DNA from: Octopus bimaculoides
Lineage: Eukaryota
Reading direction: 5' to 3'
Assembly: GCF_001194135.2 (NCBI RefSeq)
Contig: NC_068985.1
Location: 26,963,940-27,027,939 of the forward strand
DNA: 64,000 nucleotides
Shown here in pieces: positions 12,031 to 25,090 of this stretch. The notes under the pieces are model-generated. The model was given only the letters and a program-made list of their open reading frames with translations, did no database searches and had not been told where the DNA came from. Both the position numbers and the translations under genes were made by a program. The stretch's first letter is position 1. Every line of letters begins with the position of its first letter.

Positions 12031-12267
12031 GAGACACTGAAAGATCATTATTTGACTCTGAAGACTTGAGCGTCGCACTGAATGCCTGAATTTTTAAACC
12101 ACTTTCGGTTTGTTTGTAAGTGGAATTTGCCTTTCCTTCCTTCTGGATTGATAAATAAACTACCAGTAAAATACTAGGGTCTGTTCAATTACCCATACCG
12201 TCTCCATAAAAAAAAAAAACTGAGGCATGTGTCTCATCAAGACAAATCATTATTAATTAGTGAGTTG

Positions 12268-12665
12268 ATAGAATCGCTTAAGCGGTATTTCTTCCGTCTC
12301 TTCACGTTCTGAGTTCTAAATTCCACCGTGGTCAACATTTGCTTTTTATTATTTCAGTCAATAAAATAAAATACTAGCCATGTACTTGGTCGATTTTATT
12401 GACTAATACTCTCTCCCTGTTATCGCTAGCCTTAGAATCAATTATTTATTGGTGGATTGGCTGAATCGGTAGAGCATCATGCCAAATGTCTTACAGTATT
12501 ATTTGTGTACCTCTACGTTCTGAGTTCAAATTTTGCCGAGGTTGTTTTTGCATTACGTTTTCTCGCCGTTCATAAAATATGTACCTTTCAAATACTGGGG
12601 TTGATACAGTCGTCCGACGTCACTTCTACAATGTATGATCTTGCGTCGATGTTAGAAACCATTAT
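12268..12665 (+). mobile_element. Two old SINE family A copies
   Basis: gaatcg...acgttctgagttc(t)aaatt motifs at about 12305 and 12520. Confidence 0.65.
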
Positions 12666-15139
12666 TTATCACTCCATATTACAGTAGCTTGCACCATATT
12701 GTAAGATGTTATATTTCAGGTGAACCGAATTTGCAACCCGATATCGATTCATTGACATATCTACATCACGTGAATGCGCTTTAAAAAGTAATGTGTGTTG
12801 TATATTTTCTATTTATGAACGAAATTCTCTAAGATCTTCATCAAATATGGCAGTACTTCTCAGAATTCTTTATAGAATAAATTAGCACCTCAGGTTGTGA
12901 CCCTTTAGGGCGATAGAAAATTATATGTGGGCACTGAAGACACAGGGTTGGTAAGATACAATAGATGCATCTATGCAATTTTAGTCTTTCTCTCCTATTT
13001 TAATATTAACTTTAAAATCAAAATTAGTGTAAAAATTGTGATAAATAGCTTGTTTGCGACAATCACAACAACAACAGTAACGATAACCACAATAACTATT
13101 TACAATAGTAACCGACTTTCAAATGTGAATACGTTAATAAACAAAACTGAATATATACCACCTATGCGTGAATATTACAATTAACAAACTGAAGCATAAA
13201 AAACATTGTCAAAATTTCCGGCTATTTCCATAAATGCAATAAAGGCAACCACTGCACCTGTTGCTTGAGGTAAAGTCCTGACTTGGATATGCATGTATAT
13301 ACATATATACATATTTGAGAGTTGTTGATTCTAACTATGAATGCCATCTGTTAATCTCATAATCAGCCACATGTAGAAGCAGTCATGTGCATGTGGACAG
13401 AAAATACATCGGAATCTATACTATAAAAGGCATATTATGATAAATTTCAGCCGATAAATACGAGGGTCTGTATGGAACTGAAAGAATACGTACCTGCATT
13501 TTGGCCGAATCTGTGTCCTTCAGGTTGAGTCAATAACTAAAGTTAAGTAGTGATGTGTCAAATATCTGCTTATAGTAGAATGGTGCTGTGGTTAAGTAAT
13601 CACACACTTCAAACTATTGCCCGGAAGTAAATCGTTCTAACTTGGTATTACGAGTGATTATTAAAAATGGATGTGGACAGTGTTGAATGGTAACAAGGGG
13701 GCGTTGAAAAAGTATTATTACAAAAAAAAAAAGATGCGATAGTTAATAAAGCTTGTTGTGAAACGGTGGAATAAGGTGCGGACAGGGAGACGAATTAAGT
13801 ACAGTACAAAATTTGGGACTGTACTATATTCTAAATTCACACATTCTAAGTTCAAATCCCGCCGATGTCGACACGATTTTTCACTCATTCAAACTTAGTA
13901 AAACAGTAATATTCTGAAATAAATCGATCAATCAATATTTACCCCCATATCCCTGTGAAACTGGCTTTACGACTAGTCAAAAGAGATTATTATTTCAATC
14001 CAACGTTACATCAAATGCTAGTATTCAATACTGTAATTCAATAGCGGTGAATTCTGTTAATGATGTTGGTCGTGGCACACACATTAAATCATAGGGTATA
14101 AAATCCATGAACGTTATATAATAATGTTTTAGCACCAGTATAAGCTTTAGATGTATGCATTGGTGGGGTGGAACACTATGTAATACATTTGACTTGTGTA
14201 TTATTAACAAATATTTAGCGATAATATTTAAATTTTTGTTTGTTTTAAAATTAGAGACGTATTTATTAATGGGTAATGTGTGTGTGTATACATACATCCT
14301 TATGTATATGTGTGTATATATTCTCATATTTTAGGTGTATGCATGTGTGTGTGTGTAATTCATGAGAGTTTCAAATAAGCGATATATTTATTGATGGGTT
14401 GGGCAATAGATGGTGAAGCTAGTTAAGATATCTCAGCTTATCCACTGTAACTTCAGAGAATCAGTAAAGACTCTCTGAATAACAACCAAATCTTCCTTGA
14501 ATTGTACCCAGCTATTTTTAAAAGGACGTATTGAATAAGATGATCACAAGTGGACAGTGTTTTATTTAAAAACGGCACGGTGACCACGGGTGGAACATCT
14601 TCCATTATGGTGCCTACTCACTTTGACCTGAGCTAAACAGCCACAGAACCAACTCAACTGATCCTTCTCTTTCTTTTTCCTTTCCTACAAAGATACTCTA
14701 TACAGAGCTAGGTTCATGGTTCACTAAAAGCCGATAGATATATTATTCTGTAGTATAGTATGGCACGGAAACAAATCATTGCTAACGCAACTGTATCACC
14801 ACGCGCGCGCGCGCATATTTAAATTATGAACGTTAATTACGTAATTATATAAATGATGTTTTTATTCCAAGAATCAGCTGTCGAAATCTGTTGAATTATG
14901 AATCACATATAAGATGTACGCTTTTCTGTGGTTTTATTCTAAATGTGTTGCTTTTAAATATAGTTTGAGTCGATTCTGTGTATATCCATGCCAAGTGTAT
15001 TCCATCAATATTTATTGCATTATAATTACGTATAAGAGTTTAAACGATATATTAATAATTGAACTCTTAAATACCGTGGATATATTCTTATCATGTTTAA
15101 TACATTGACTCACAACATACACACACACACATATATATA

Positions 15140-15652
15140 TTATCTTTTACTTAAGTCATTAGACCGCGGTCATGCTGGGGCACCACCCTGAAGAACTGTT
15201 AGTCGAATGAATCGAATTCGGTCCTTATTTATTTTTAAGCCTGGTACTTATTCCATCGATCTCTTTTGCCGAACCGCTAATGTTACGGGGACATAAACAT
15301 ACCAGCATCNNNNNNNNNNNNNNNNNNNNNNNNNNNNNNNNNNNNNNNNNNNNNNNNNNNNNNNNNNNNNNNNNNNNNNNNNNNNNNNNNNNNNNNNNNN
15401 NNNNNNNNNNNNNNNNNNNNNNNNNNNNNNNNNNNNNNNNNNNNNNNNNNNNNNNNNNNNNNNNNNNNNNNNNNATATATATACATATATACGACAGGCT
15501 TCTTTCAGTTTCCGTCTACCAAATCCACTCACAAGGCTTTGGTCGGCCCGAGGCTATAGAAGAAGGCACTTGCCCAAGGTGCCACGCAGTGGGAATGAAC
15601 CCAGAACCATATGGTTGGTAAGCAAGCTACTTACCACACAGCCACTCCTGCG

Positions 15653-15655
<3 letters not shown>
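15140..15655 (-). mobile_element. SINE family B, complete, with an assembly gap in its internal microsatellite
   Basis: Tail 15140-15310, gap, then head 15490-15655 ending cacagccactcctgcgcc. Confidence 0.9.
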
Positions 15656-15700
<45 letters not shown>

Positions 15701-15724
15701 TGTATGTATGTATATATGTATATT

Positions 15725-15905
15725 TCATCGTGTCAAACCGTTAAGCCCGACATCTCCGTTTTTTACCTCTCATACCTTTCTGTCGAGGAGCGTAGGCTCG
15801 AAGCATCAAAGTCTTTTCCATTCTTCCTGAGCGTTCAACTAATACACCTGCTTGTTGTTCCGTTACCTACTTTTGTCTCTTGTTTTCTGTACATTTGAAC
15901 CGTGT
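15725..15905 (+). mobile_element. Repeat containing a decayed hammerhead motif (15776-15811)
   Basis: cttt CTGTCGA g gagc gtag gctc GAAG catc aaag. Stems I and II pair; the core has substitutions. Confidence 0.5.
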
Positions 15906-15934
15906 ATGTGTGCCTGTATGTGAGTGAAATTGAG

Positions 15935-16070
15935 TGTGGAAGCGCGTGACCTTGTGATTGGGCTGTTCGACTCACAATCATAATGTAGTGAGTTCAGTTC
16001 TTGGATCGTACAACGCACTGTGAAATTCAAGGAACTTTATTTCACATTGTTCCAGCTCGTTAGTACCAAC
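15935..16070 (+). mobile_element. Degenerate tRNA-derived SINE (family D)
   Basis: tggaagcgcgtgaccttgtgattgggctgttcgactcac...gagttcagttc (box A/B-like), then actttatttcacattgttccag. Confidence 0.5.
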
Positions 16071-16841
16071 AGAGTTTATGTGCAGTTCTTTTTTCCTTCC
16101 AGCCGCCATATCCTGGATGTGCCACTGGGTCAAAGGGTGAAGGAGAGTCGAAGGGGTGTCAGTGTCTGCTCGTGACTACACAGGCACTTAAAATTAGTAG
16201 CGAAAGTATGTTAAAATCAAGCCATATTCTTTCGCTGGTAACGCTTCTCTCTTTACGCACNNNNNNNNNNNNNNNNNNNNNNNNNNNNNNNNNNNNNNNN
16301 NNNNNNNNNNNNNNNNNNNNNNNNNNNNNNNNNNNNNNNNNNNNNNNNNNNNNNNNNNNNNNNNNNNNNNNNNNNNNNNNNNNNNNNNNNNNNNNNNNNN
16401 NNNNNNNNNNNNNNNNNNNNNNNNNNNNNNNNNNNNNNNNNNNNNNNNNNNNNNNNNNNNNNNNNNNNNNNNNNNNNNNNNNNNNNNNNNNNNNNNNNNN
16501 NNNNNNNNNNNNNNNNNNNNNNNNNNNNNNNNNNNNNNNNNNNNNNNNNNNNNNNNNNNNNNNNNNNNNNNNNNNNNNNNNNNNNNNNNNNNNNNNNNNN
16601 NNNNNNNNNNNNNNNNNNNNNNNNNNNNNNNNNNNNNNNNNNNNNNNNNNNNNNNNNNNNNNNNNNNNNNNNNNNNNNNNNNNNNNNNNNNNNNNNNNNN
16701 NNNNNNNNNNNNNNNNNNNNNNNNNNNNNNNNNNNNNNNNNNNNNNNNNNNNNNNNNNNNNNNNNNNNNNNNNNNNNNNNNNNNNNNNNNNNNNNNNNNN
16801 NNNNNNNNNNNNNNNNNNNNNNNNNNNNNNNNNNNNNNNNN

Positions 16842-16876
<35 letters not shown>

Positions 16877-17090
16877 TTGTGTGTCTGTGTTTGTCCCTCC
16901 CAACATCGCTTGACAACCGATGCTGGTGTGTTTACGTCCCCGTAACTTAGCAGTTTGGCAAAAGAGACTGATAGAATAAGTACTACGCTTCCAAAGGATA
17001 AGTCCTGGGGTCGATTTGCTCGACTAAAGGCGGTGCTCCAACATGGCCACAGTCAAATGACTGAAACAAGTAAAAGAGTAAAAGAGTAAG
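16842..17090 (+). mobile_element. SINE family B tail
   Basis: catcgcttgacaaccgatgctggtgtgtttacgtcccc...gactgaaacaagtaaaagagtaaaagagt. The head is probably in the gap. Confidence 0.9.
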
Positions 17091-17980
17091 CTATAAGACC
17101 CAACTGAAACTCTAACGTACCTCACAAACTCGGCTCGCCGGGTACTTACCTTTACTCAACACTGTTGTACATACATATACATGCATCTACGTCTTTAGTT
17201 ATACATGCGATCTGATGTTCACTTCTTCATGAATTCTGACAGATTATAATGCAAAGAGTAAAGCATAATGTAAAGATTAAATTGAGTTGTTTACTGATAA
17301 TACGGATTGAAATCATATTTCTTAAAACAACCGAGATAAAATACCAAAAACAGATATGGATATCAATGAATATAATATTTGCAAAGGAGAGTAAGGTACC
17401 CACGTCAAAACACTATGAACTAACAACAGCAGTTGCTTGTTCATGGAACCACTTCGCTGGTTCTGTGCATGTGATGAGAATCTTAAATGGACCGGGGGCA
17501 CAGTTTTGCATACACGACACCTTTAGAATATAGTACAGTACTCGACATACAACAGACCAACCACAAGTTCTGCGAAAGTATTTCCCGATTATGGTGGGGG
17601 AGTGTAGATGCGGTAGTGTCTTTATCTTTAGAATATGTCTTTTGTTAGACTTGTATAATAATTACTAAAATCGTGTGATTCAGCTCATAAAATCTTAGAT
17701 AACGTTTCTTTTTTCATTATCCCAAAGTTTGACTTATTAACTCCATTATTCCTTTACATACTTAAAATTGGTTGATGGAATGCACTCAAAAATCTTGAGT
17801 AGATGAAAAGTATCAAATATCTCTTTACTACATGTAAAAAGTCAAATTGCAAAGAAACCTTGATTTTATATCAACGTTCACTTGACGTACAGTCCATTGA
17901 CATGGGCTTCTATAACTATACATTAAAAAATAGAAGCATCCCCAATATTTTGCAAATCAATTTCCGATCCTAACAGACAT

Positions 17981-18371
17981 GTTGTTGTTGTTGGCACTCT
18001 GTCGCTTACGACGTCGAGGGTTCCAGTTGATCCGATCAATGGAACAGCTTGCTCGTGAAATTAACGTGCAAGTGGCTGAGCACTCCACAGACACGTGTAC
18101 CCTTAACGTAGTTCTCGGGAATAGTCAGCGTGACACAGCGTGACAAGGCTGACCCTTTGAATTACAGGCACAACAGAAACAGGAAGTAAGAGTGAGAGAA
18201 AGTTGTGGTGAGAGAGTACAGCAGGGTTCGCCACCATCCCCTGCCGGAGCCTCGTGGAACTTTAGGTGTTTTCGCTCAATAAACACTCACAACGCCCGGT
18301 CTGGGAATCGAAACCGCGATCCTATGACCGCAAGTCCGCTGCCCTAACCACTGGGCCATTGCGCCTCCACA
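17981..18371 (-). mobile_element. Full-length tRNA-derived SINE family C with 11-bp TSD and (CAA)n tail
   Basis: Minus-strand head gtggaggcgcaatggcccagtggttaggg (box A) ... ggtttcgattcc (box B). ctaacagacat is duplicated at 17970-17980 and 18372-18382. Confidence 0.92.
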
Positions 18372-20149
18372 CTAACAGACATATATCGGTAGGTATAAAC
18401 TCCAGCTTAGCCAGACGTGGGAAGGGTTTGTATGGTTTGAATTCGAACCTATAAGTTGCAAGTACTAATTTAACCATTCAGTTAGTTTGTCTCATCAGAC
18501 ATGGGTAGGTCATCTGTGGGTTTTTTTTTCCATTTATTTTTGTTGATGCAGGACCATTTCGTAAATCTGTTACTCATTCTATAAAGTATCATTTTCATTT
18601 GATAATTTCGTCAATCAATTGTTGGCGGAGAAAATAGTGAAGCTCTGCCAGCAGGATGTTAAAATATCGTAGACCACACAAACTGCAATGAATCTGTTGT
18701 AGTTACTTGACGTTGCTACCCACCGAGGCAAACGTTGCACCCGATTAGAAAAGAGCCTACCGTCCCAAATCGACCCCCCAGAAAGATAGGTTGTTCAGTT
18801 AAATAACCAGATTTCCATGTGAAGAAACTAAACATTTAAGTGTGTCATCAGTTCGCTTACACACTGCGTACTTGTTGCATGTCCCCGTCTCGGGGAAGAA
18901 AATCTAAAAAGATTTTTTGTTGTTTATTTCTTATAAAAAGAAAAGAGTGTTGTGTATTTCGTGCTGGTAGTTTGGTATATCAAGAAACCACAGACATAAA
19001 ATACTTGCCGTACAAAGCTGCTTGACAGTATCACCACTGCGTGTGGCTTCACTGATCCGGCGGGTTTTATGAAGTGGATGATCGATCGAGTATTCAAGGC
19101 ATTGCTTTTTACGATGAGACAACCAATATTTATCATTATCTAAGGAGAAGTTTCGCCCATACATCATTAGAATAGCAACGAAAATATCTCTCGCAGAGTT
19201 TTCTTTATGACAACATCGAGAATCTAATCTTCTGACGGAGAGATAATGTTTTCGCGATTGTACAAATTAAGTTCAGTAAATTGTTGTAGAAATAGTACGA
19301 AATTTACGATATAATAACTTTGAAGTAGATAGGGAAATGTATACTTGATAAATAAAAGTCAATAAATATGTCAGATGTCGCGAAGGTTTGATAAACGGCA
19401 TATTTTTACTATCAGAAAACAACCCAATAAAGCAAGCAAAAATAAATCATAACTCCTTTTTTTTTTCTGGTATCTTTCTTTTATATTGTTTTCTGTGAGT
19501 TTGGCACGATATACGTATCGATGACAATATCAAGTGATTCTTGTGAGTGCGTATTTTTATAGAGGGACATTATTCATAAGGCTTTCTCTCTCCCACTCTC
19601 TCTTTTTATGTACAGTAGGTTTATCTTCCTACGTATACTTGCGCATGCGCGCGCTTTCATACACACACTCATTCACTCATCATGCACACGCACACAAACA
19701 CACACACACGCACACATGTATTGCGTGTGCTATGTACGAAGTTTGATAGAATTCATCCTTCTGAAAGATATTAACAAGAAATCGAGTTTCGTAGTTGGTA
19801 CCTAGAAAACTTCACAGTGTAGGAAGAATATTAGTGTATTTTGAGACATATGGAGGAAATGGAATAAAGGCTAATGATGTTTCTTCACGAACATAACCAC
19901 CGTTAAGGAAATGAATTTGCTGGAACGGAGACTGAAAACTAACACGCTTGTCTACTTTACCATAGTTGCTTCGCCGTTTGATCTACAATATATCAGACAA
20001 AATGAAATGCTGCTTTACTTATTAAATATCCTGAGAACACTGATGACTGAGTGATATCAAATAACTAACGGTAGGTCGGTGGTTTCTATCATACCACCGG
20101 CTCTGTGTTGTACCTCCGTGATCAACTCACAGGGTTTAGTGAATTTATT

Positions 20150-20250
20150 AATCCACTTTGATACTTATTCTGTCTGTTACTTTTGCCGAGCCACTAAGCT
20201 ACAGGGACGTAAACAAATCAACATCGGTTGTCACGGTATGGAACAAACAC

Positions 20251-20305
<55 letters not shown>

Positions 20306-20346
20306 CGTGTACCTATACGACGGGCTTCAACGCAGTTTCCGTCAAC
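20150..20346 (-). mobile_element. SINE family B, diverged, running into a gap
   Basis: tacttattc...tttgccgagccactaag..gggacgtaaac ... (TG)n ... cgacgggcttc. Confidence 0.75.
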
Positions 20347-21062
20347 NNNNNNNNNNNNNNNNNNNNNNNNNNNNNNNNNNNNNNNNNNNNNNNNNNNNNN
20401 NNNNNNNNNNNNNNNNNNNNNNNNNNNNNNNNNNNNNNNNNNNNNNNNNNNNNNNNNNNNNNNNNNNNNNNNNNNNNNNNNNNNNNNNNNNNNNNNNNNN
20501 NNNNNNNNNNNNNNNNNNNNNNNNNNNNNNNNNNNNNNNNNNNNNNNNNNNNNNNNNNNNNNNNNNNNNNNNNNNNNNNNNNNNNNNNNNNNNNNNNNNN
20601 NNNNNNNNNNNNNNNNNNNNNNNNNNNNNNNNNNNNNNNNNNNNNNNNNNNNNNNNNNNNNNNNNNNNNNNNNNNNNNNNNNNNNNNNNNNNNNNNNNNN
20701 NNNNNNNNNNNNNNNNNNNNNNNNNNNNNNNNNNNNNNNNNNNNNNNNNNNNNNNNNNNNNNNNNNNNNNNNNNNNNNNNNNNNNNNNNNNNNNNNNNNN
20801 NNNNNNNNNNNNNNNNNNNNNNNNNNNNNNNNNNNNNNNNNNNNNNNNNNNNNNNNNNNNNNNNNNNNNNNNNNNNNNNNNNNNNNNNNNNNNNNNNNNN
20901 NNNNNNNNNNNNNNNNNNNNNNNNNNNNNNNNNNNNNNNNNNNNNNNNNNNNNNNNNNNNNNNNNNNNNNNNNNNNNNNNNNNNNNNNNNNNNNNNNNNN
21001 NNNNNNNNNNNNNNNNNNNNNNNNNNNNNNNNNNNNNNNNNNNNNNNNNNNNNNNNNNNNNN

Positions 21063-21380
21063 CGGGTGTTGTGAGTGTTTATTGAGCGAAAACACCTAAA
21101 GCTCCACGAGGCTCCGGCAGGGGATGGTGGCGAACCCTGCTGTACTCTTCCACTACAACTTTCTCTCACTCTTGCTTCCTGTTTCTGTTGTGCCTGTAAT
21201 TCAAAGGGTCAGCCTTGTCACACTGTGTCACGCTGAATATTCCCAAGAACTACGTTAAGGGTACACGTGTCTGTGGAATGCTCAGCCACTTGCACGTTAA
21301 TTTCACGAGCAGGCTGTTCCGTTGATCGGATCAACTGGAACCCTCGACGTCGTAAGCGACGGAGTGCCAACAACAACAAC
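21063..21380 (+). mobile_element. SINE family C copy (head lost in the gap)
   Basis: Near-identical reverse complement of 17981-18300, ending gagtgccaacaacaacaac. Confidence 0.92.
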
Positions 21381-22359
21381 CCTCTCCACAAACATTCGTG
21401 AAAGTATCATAATTTGAGAAATAAAAACGTATTTCTTTATTTCTTTATTTATTCATACACTTAAGGTGTTAAACGATGAGAAATTTATATTATGTAACTA
21501 AAGGGCATGACTATCTTGACTAAAGGACATATTTAATTACGTCCCTCAATATTCAGAGTTCAAATGTCTTTATATTCAAGATCGAGATCGATAAAGAAAT
21601 ATACGATACAGTGAGGCACATCCAGTCAGTTATATCTTTCTTTCAACAAATTTGTGGTCTTGTAATTCGGTAAAATAAGCCAGTGTTGATTTATTTAACT
21701 CTGTAGGTAACTTGTCAGGTAAGATAATGTTATCTACGAAGCTGAAGTAAATGAATTGTAAATGTACTTATTTGTGACTCTCTAAATAAGACATACTTTT
21801 GGATGGTTTAGTATCTATGCGTGTATAAGAGAAAGAGAGAGAACTAGAGAGAAAGAGAAAACCAACGAGAGGGAAAGAGAGAGAAGAGAAAGCAAAGAGA
21901 TGTTGGAGAGAAAAAAGAGAGCGTGTGTAAGTATAATTGTGCCTGATTAAGTACCTGTCATTGCTCGCAGGTGTTGCTTATGAAATCCAATGTTTACGCT
22001 TTATACTAGAAATTGGGTGATGTAGATAGTATCCCCTTCTTATGTAAAACTGAATAGAACTGTCTGATTCCGTTTAATATTTCTGCTAGAATGAATTAAT
22101 GTTTAAAACGTGTGATCATATCAACAGACACGCGTCGGATTCACAGAAACTGTTGAAAACAATATGTCTGCCAGTTGAGAGAAATATTCAATGTTATAAG
22201 AGAAGGGTATTTCGACAGTGTGTAGTTTTAAACGCTTCTAATACGTGCCAAGTGGTTTGTAATATCTCTCTGTACAAGCAATACTTAGAATGTATCTTTC
22301 ATTGTATCAGACTTCAGTCGACACTGGATTTCTAACGAATCACTGAAATAATTTTCAGC

Positions 22360-22361
<2 letters not shown>

Positions 22362-22401
<40 letters not shown>

Positions 22402-22402
22402 C
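22362..22402. repeat. Poly-T tract (about 40 nt)
   Basis: Visible run. Confidence 0.95.
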
Positions 22403-23279
22403 CTTTTTGTAAAGTGGACGTCATTTTCTTTTCACTCTGTTTTGTAATGTTTTTAAGACTAATTCTTTCTTCTTTTTTTTTCTCTCTAACTACATCTACG
22501 AATACTGCATTCGACATCTATCTGTTAACAAGTGGTATTAGAATCTCAAACTTTATTGGTATTATAATTATCCCTAGGTGCTGCTAGCAACCAAATTTTC
22601 TTCGAATCACATCTTGCTATCTGTTATGGTCCGAACATCGATGTTTCTTCACTTTGAGCTCTCTGAGGTTAAACAATAGCAATAACTCTCCTTGTCGTAA
22701 CACCAGTACACTCCTAAAATCATTTACGCCAGAAAGAATATATCGTTATCACAACCAGCATAGCCTCAATGCGTGTGTATCCTCTCTTTATTTACTCTTG
22801 AATAAGGGGTTAACTTAATTACAATATCCTTCGATCTTATTCAATTTTTTTTCCTTGAAAATACAATTATCTTTCTCCGTCTATTGCAGACTAGTATTTC
22901 AAATATTACAGCAGTCTGTCAACCAGAAATTCAATCGTCCTCCTTATTGAATTATCAATAACCATTTGCTATACTTGTTCATCTCGCTTTGACCGTGTTG
23001 TAAAGAACTGGTAGGTAAACGCGAGAACGTAGATGTCTCATCCCATCTGTAATAGATTGTACTTCTTCAGATATATCCATACAAATACATGGGACATCTG
23101 CAAGTCTACAAACATATCTAAATGATTCTGAAACAACTACCGAGGTAAATAGTAGCAATCTTCAGTAAACAGTTACAATCTTCCATATACTTCACCGTCT
23201 AATGCTATTTCGGAAAGACCAATAAACAGTCTAGACAATGAATAAATAATAGTTTGAAACTATATATGAATAGAGACGA

Positions 23280-23331
23280 TTGTGTGTGTATGTGTGTGTG
23301 TGTATTGTGTGTGTGAGAGAGAGAGAGTGAA

Positions 23332-23406
<75 letters not shown>
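23280..23406. repeat. (TG)n/(GA)n microsatellite
   Basis: Visible run. Confidence 0.9.
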
Positions 23407-23407
<1 letters not shown>

Positions 23408-23450
23408 GAAACTGAATTCATACCTATTACTCAGTAGACATCTTTAATTA

Positions 23451-23625
23451 AGGCAGTGAGCTGGCAGAATCGTTAGCACGCCGGGCAAAAAGCTGAGCAG
23501 CATTTCGTCCGTTTTTACGTTCTGAGTTCAAGTTCCGCCAAGGTTGACTTTGCCTTTCATCCTTCCGAGGTCGGTAAAATAAGTACTAGTTGAGCACTGG
23601 AGTCGATGTAATCGACTTAGTCCCT
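23451..23625 (+). mobile_element. SINE family A
   Basis: ggcagtgagctggcagaatcgttagcacgccgggc...gcctttcatccttccgaggtcggtaaaataagtac. Confidence 0.9.
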
Positions 23626-23983
23626 GGGGTAATAATGACATACATACATACACATGATGAACTTCCACATAGCTTCCGTCAATCAGATTTATTAATAATA
23701 CTTTGGTCCGCCCGGGGCTATAGTAAAAGTCTATAGTATAGTCCAAGGTGCTGCTCATCAAACTTGTTAGCCAAAAGTAGATATATATGTCTTATGATCA
23801 GCAATATTGGTTTCACCATACAAGCAATATCAGTTGTCTATCGTGGTGTGAATGAGAGATAGCTGTAGTTATTGTGACAAAGCTGGGCTCTAGTACTAGG
23901 GGCGAATTGCAAGTGAATAAGATGTGACAACGAAACCTTAATTTTAAAATTTATTGGAAAATTACTGTTTTGTTTTTAGGAAA

Positions 23984-24035
<52 letters not shown>

Positions 24036-24224
24036 TGTATGTATGTATGTATATATCTGGACGAATACCGCAGCAAATTACCTTTCAAAGATGTATTGAC
24101 GTTAAATGATACATATATGATACATATATGCTTCTATCGCATATAACGTGTATATATATACATGTATACACACATATATGTACATACTCACATCTACATG
24201 TGTATATACATGCATATCAGGGTA

Positions 24225-24496
24225 CAGGACGTTAGAACAATAAACTACAGACAACGGAACGAACACATAGGAAAACGGAAAGCCCCTTGGAATATCCCTT
24301 CATCAGCTGTCTCTATTCTATCTAGACGTTTCGAAGACCAGACAGGACGTACTCTAGAATAGTCTCTTCCTGAGTAGTGGATCAACTAACTACACAGAGG
24401 ATTCCAAGGTGGCAAACACAAACCAAGACAGGAAAAAATGGACAGTGAAAACAACATTCAAAAGCCGTACGGCCAAACGCAAATCTGAGGTAGAAC
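24225..24496 (-). mobile_element. Penelope pseudo-LTR-like repeat with decayed hammerhead elements
   Basis: Minus strand reads cta CTCAGGA ... cttc GAAA CGTC tag (24377-24322), followed by a second CTGATGA at 24305-24299. Confidence 0.4.
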
Positions 24497-24740
24497 NNNN
24501 NNNNNNNNNNNNNNNNNNNNNNNNNNNNNNNNNNNNNNNNNNNNNNNNNNNNNNNNNNNNNNNNNNNNNNNNNNNNNNNNNNNNNNNNNNNNNNNNNNNN
24601 NNNNNNNNNNNNNNNNNNNNNNNNNNNNNNNNNNNNNNNNNNNNNNNNNNNNNNNNNNNNNNNNNNNNNNNNNNNNNNNNNNNNNNNNNNNNNNNNNNNN
24701 NNNNNNNNNNNNNNNNNNNNNNNNNNNNNNNNNNNNNNNN

Positions 24741-24794
<54 letters not shown>

Positions 24795-24974
24795 TTGAAT
24801 AGCTTTCCTACAAATGGTTTCAAATTTTATTGCGGAAGAAATTATAACCTTTGCCATCTATGATAACTCTTTTCTCAGCCCAGGGTTGTGAGATTGAGCT
24901 TCAAATAACTGGTCATACTACGTTTGGACTACGCGCTATTCTTTTCTCGCCTTCTTTTTCTCCCTCTTGCCCCC

Positions 24975-24986
24975 TCTCTCTCTCTC

Positions 24987-25020
<34 letters not shown>

Positions 25021-25090
25021 GCTCAATCACTCACTCACTCACACTTTCTTTCTCTCTTTTTCTCGCTATCTCTCTCTCTCTTTCGCTTTC
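24975..25090. repeat. (CT)n microsatellite
   Basis: Visible run. Confidence 0.9.

Noticed and set aside
18295-18371. tRNA gene-like sequence (box A/B, D-arm)
   Set aside because: It is the head of SINE C: it is continuous with the SINE body, flanked by a TSD and has no proper acceptor stem. The same applies to the heads of families A, B and D.
18924-19167. Two overlapping open minus-strand frames with a plausible acceptor (ctccttag)
   Set aside because: Neither peptide is recognisable, the donor is weak and no partner exons were found.
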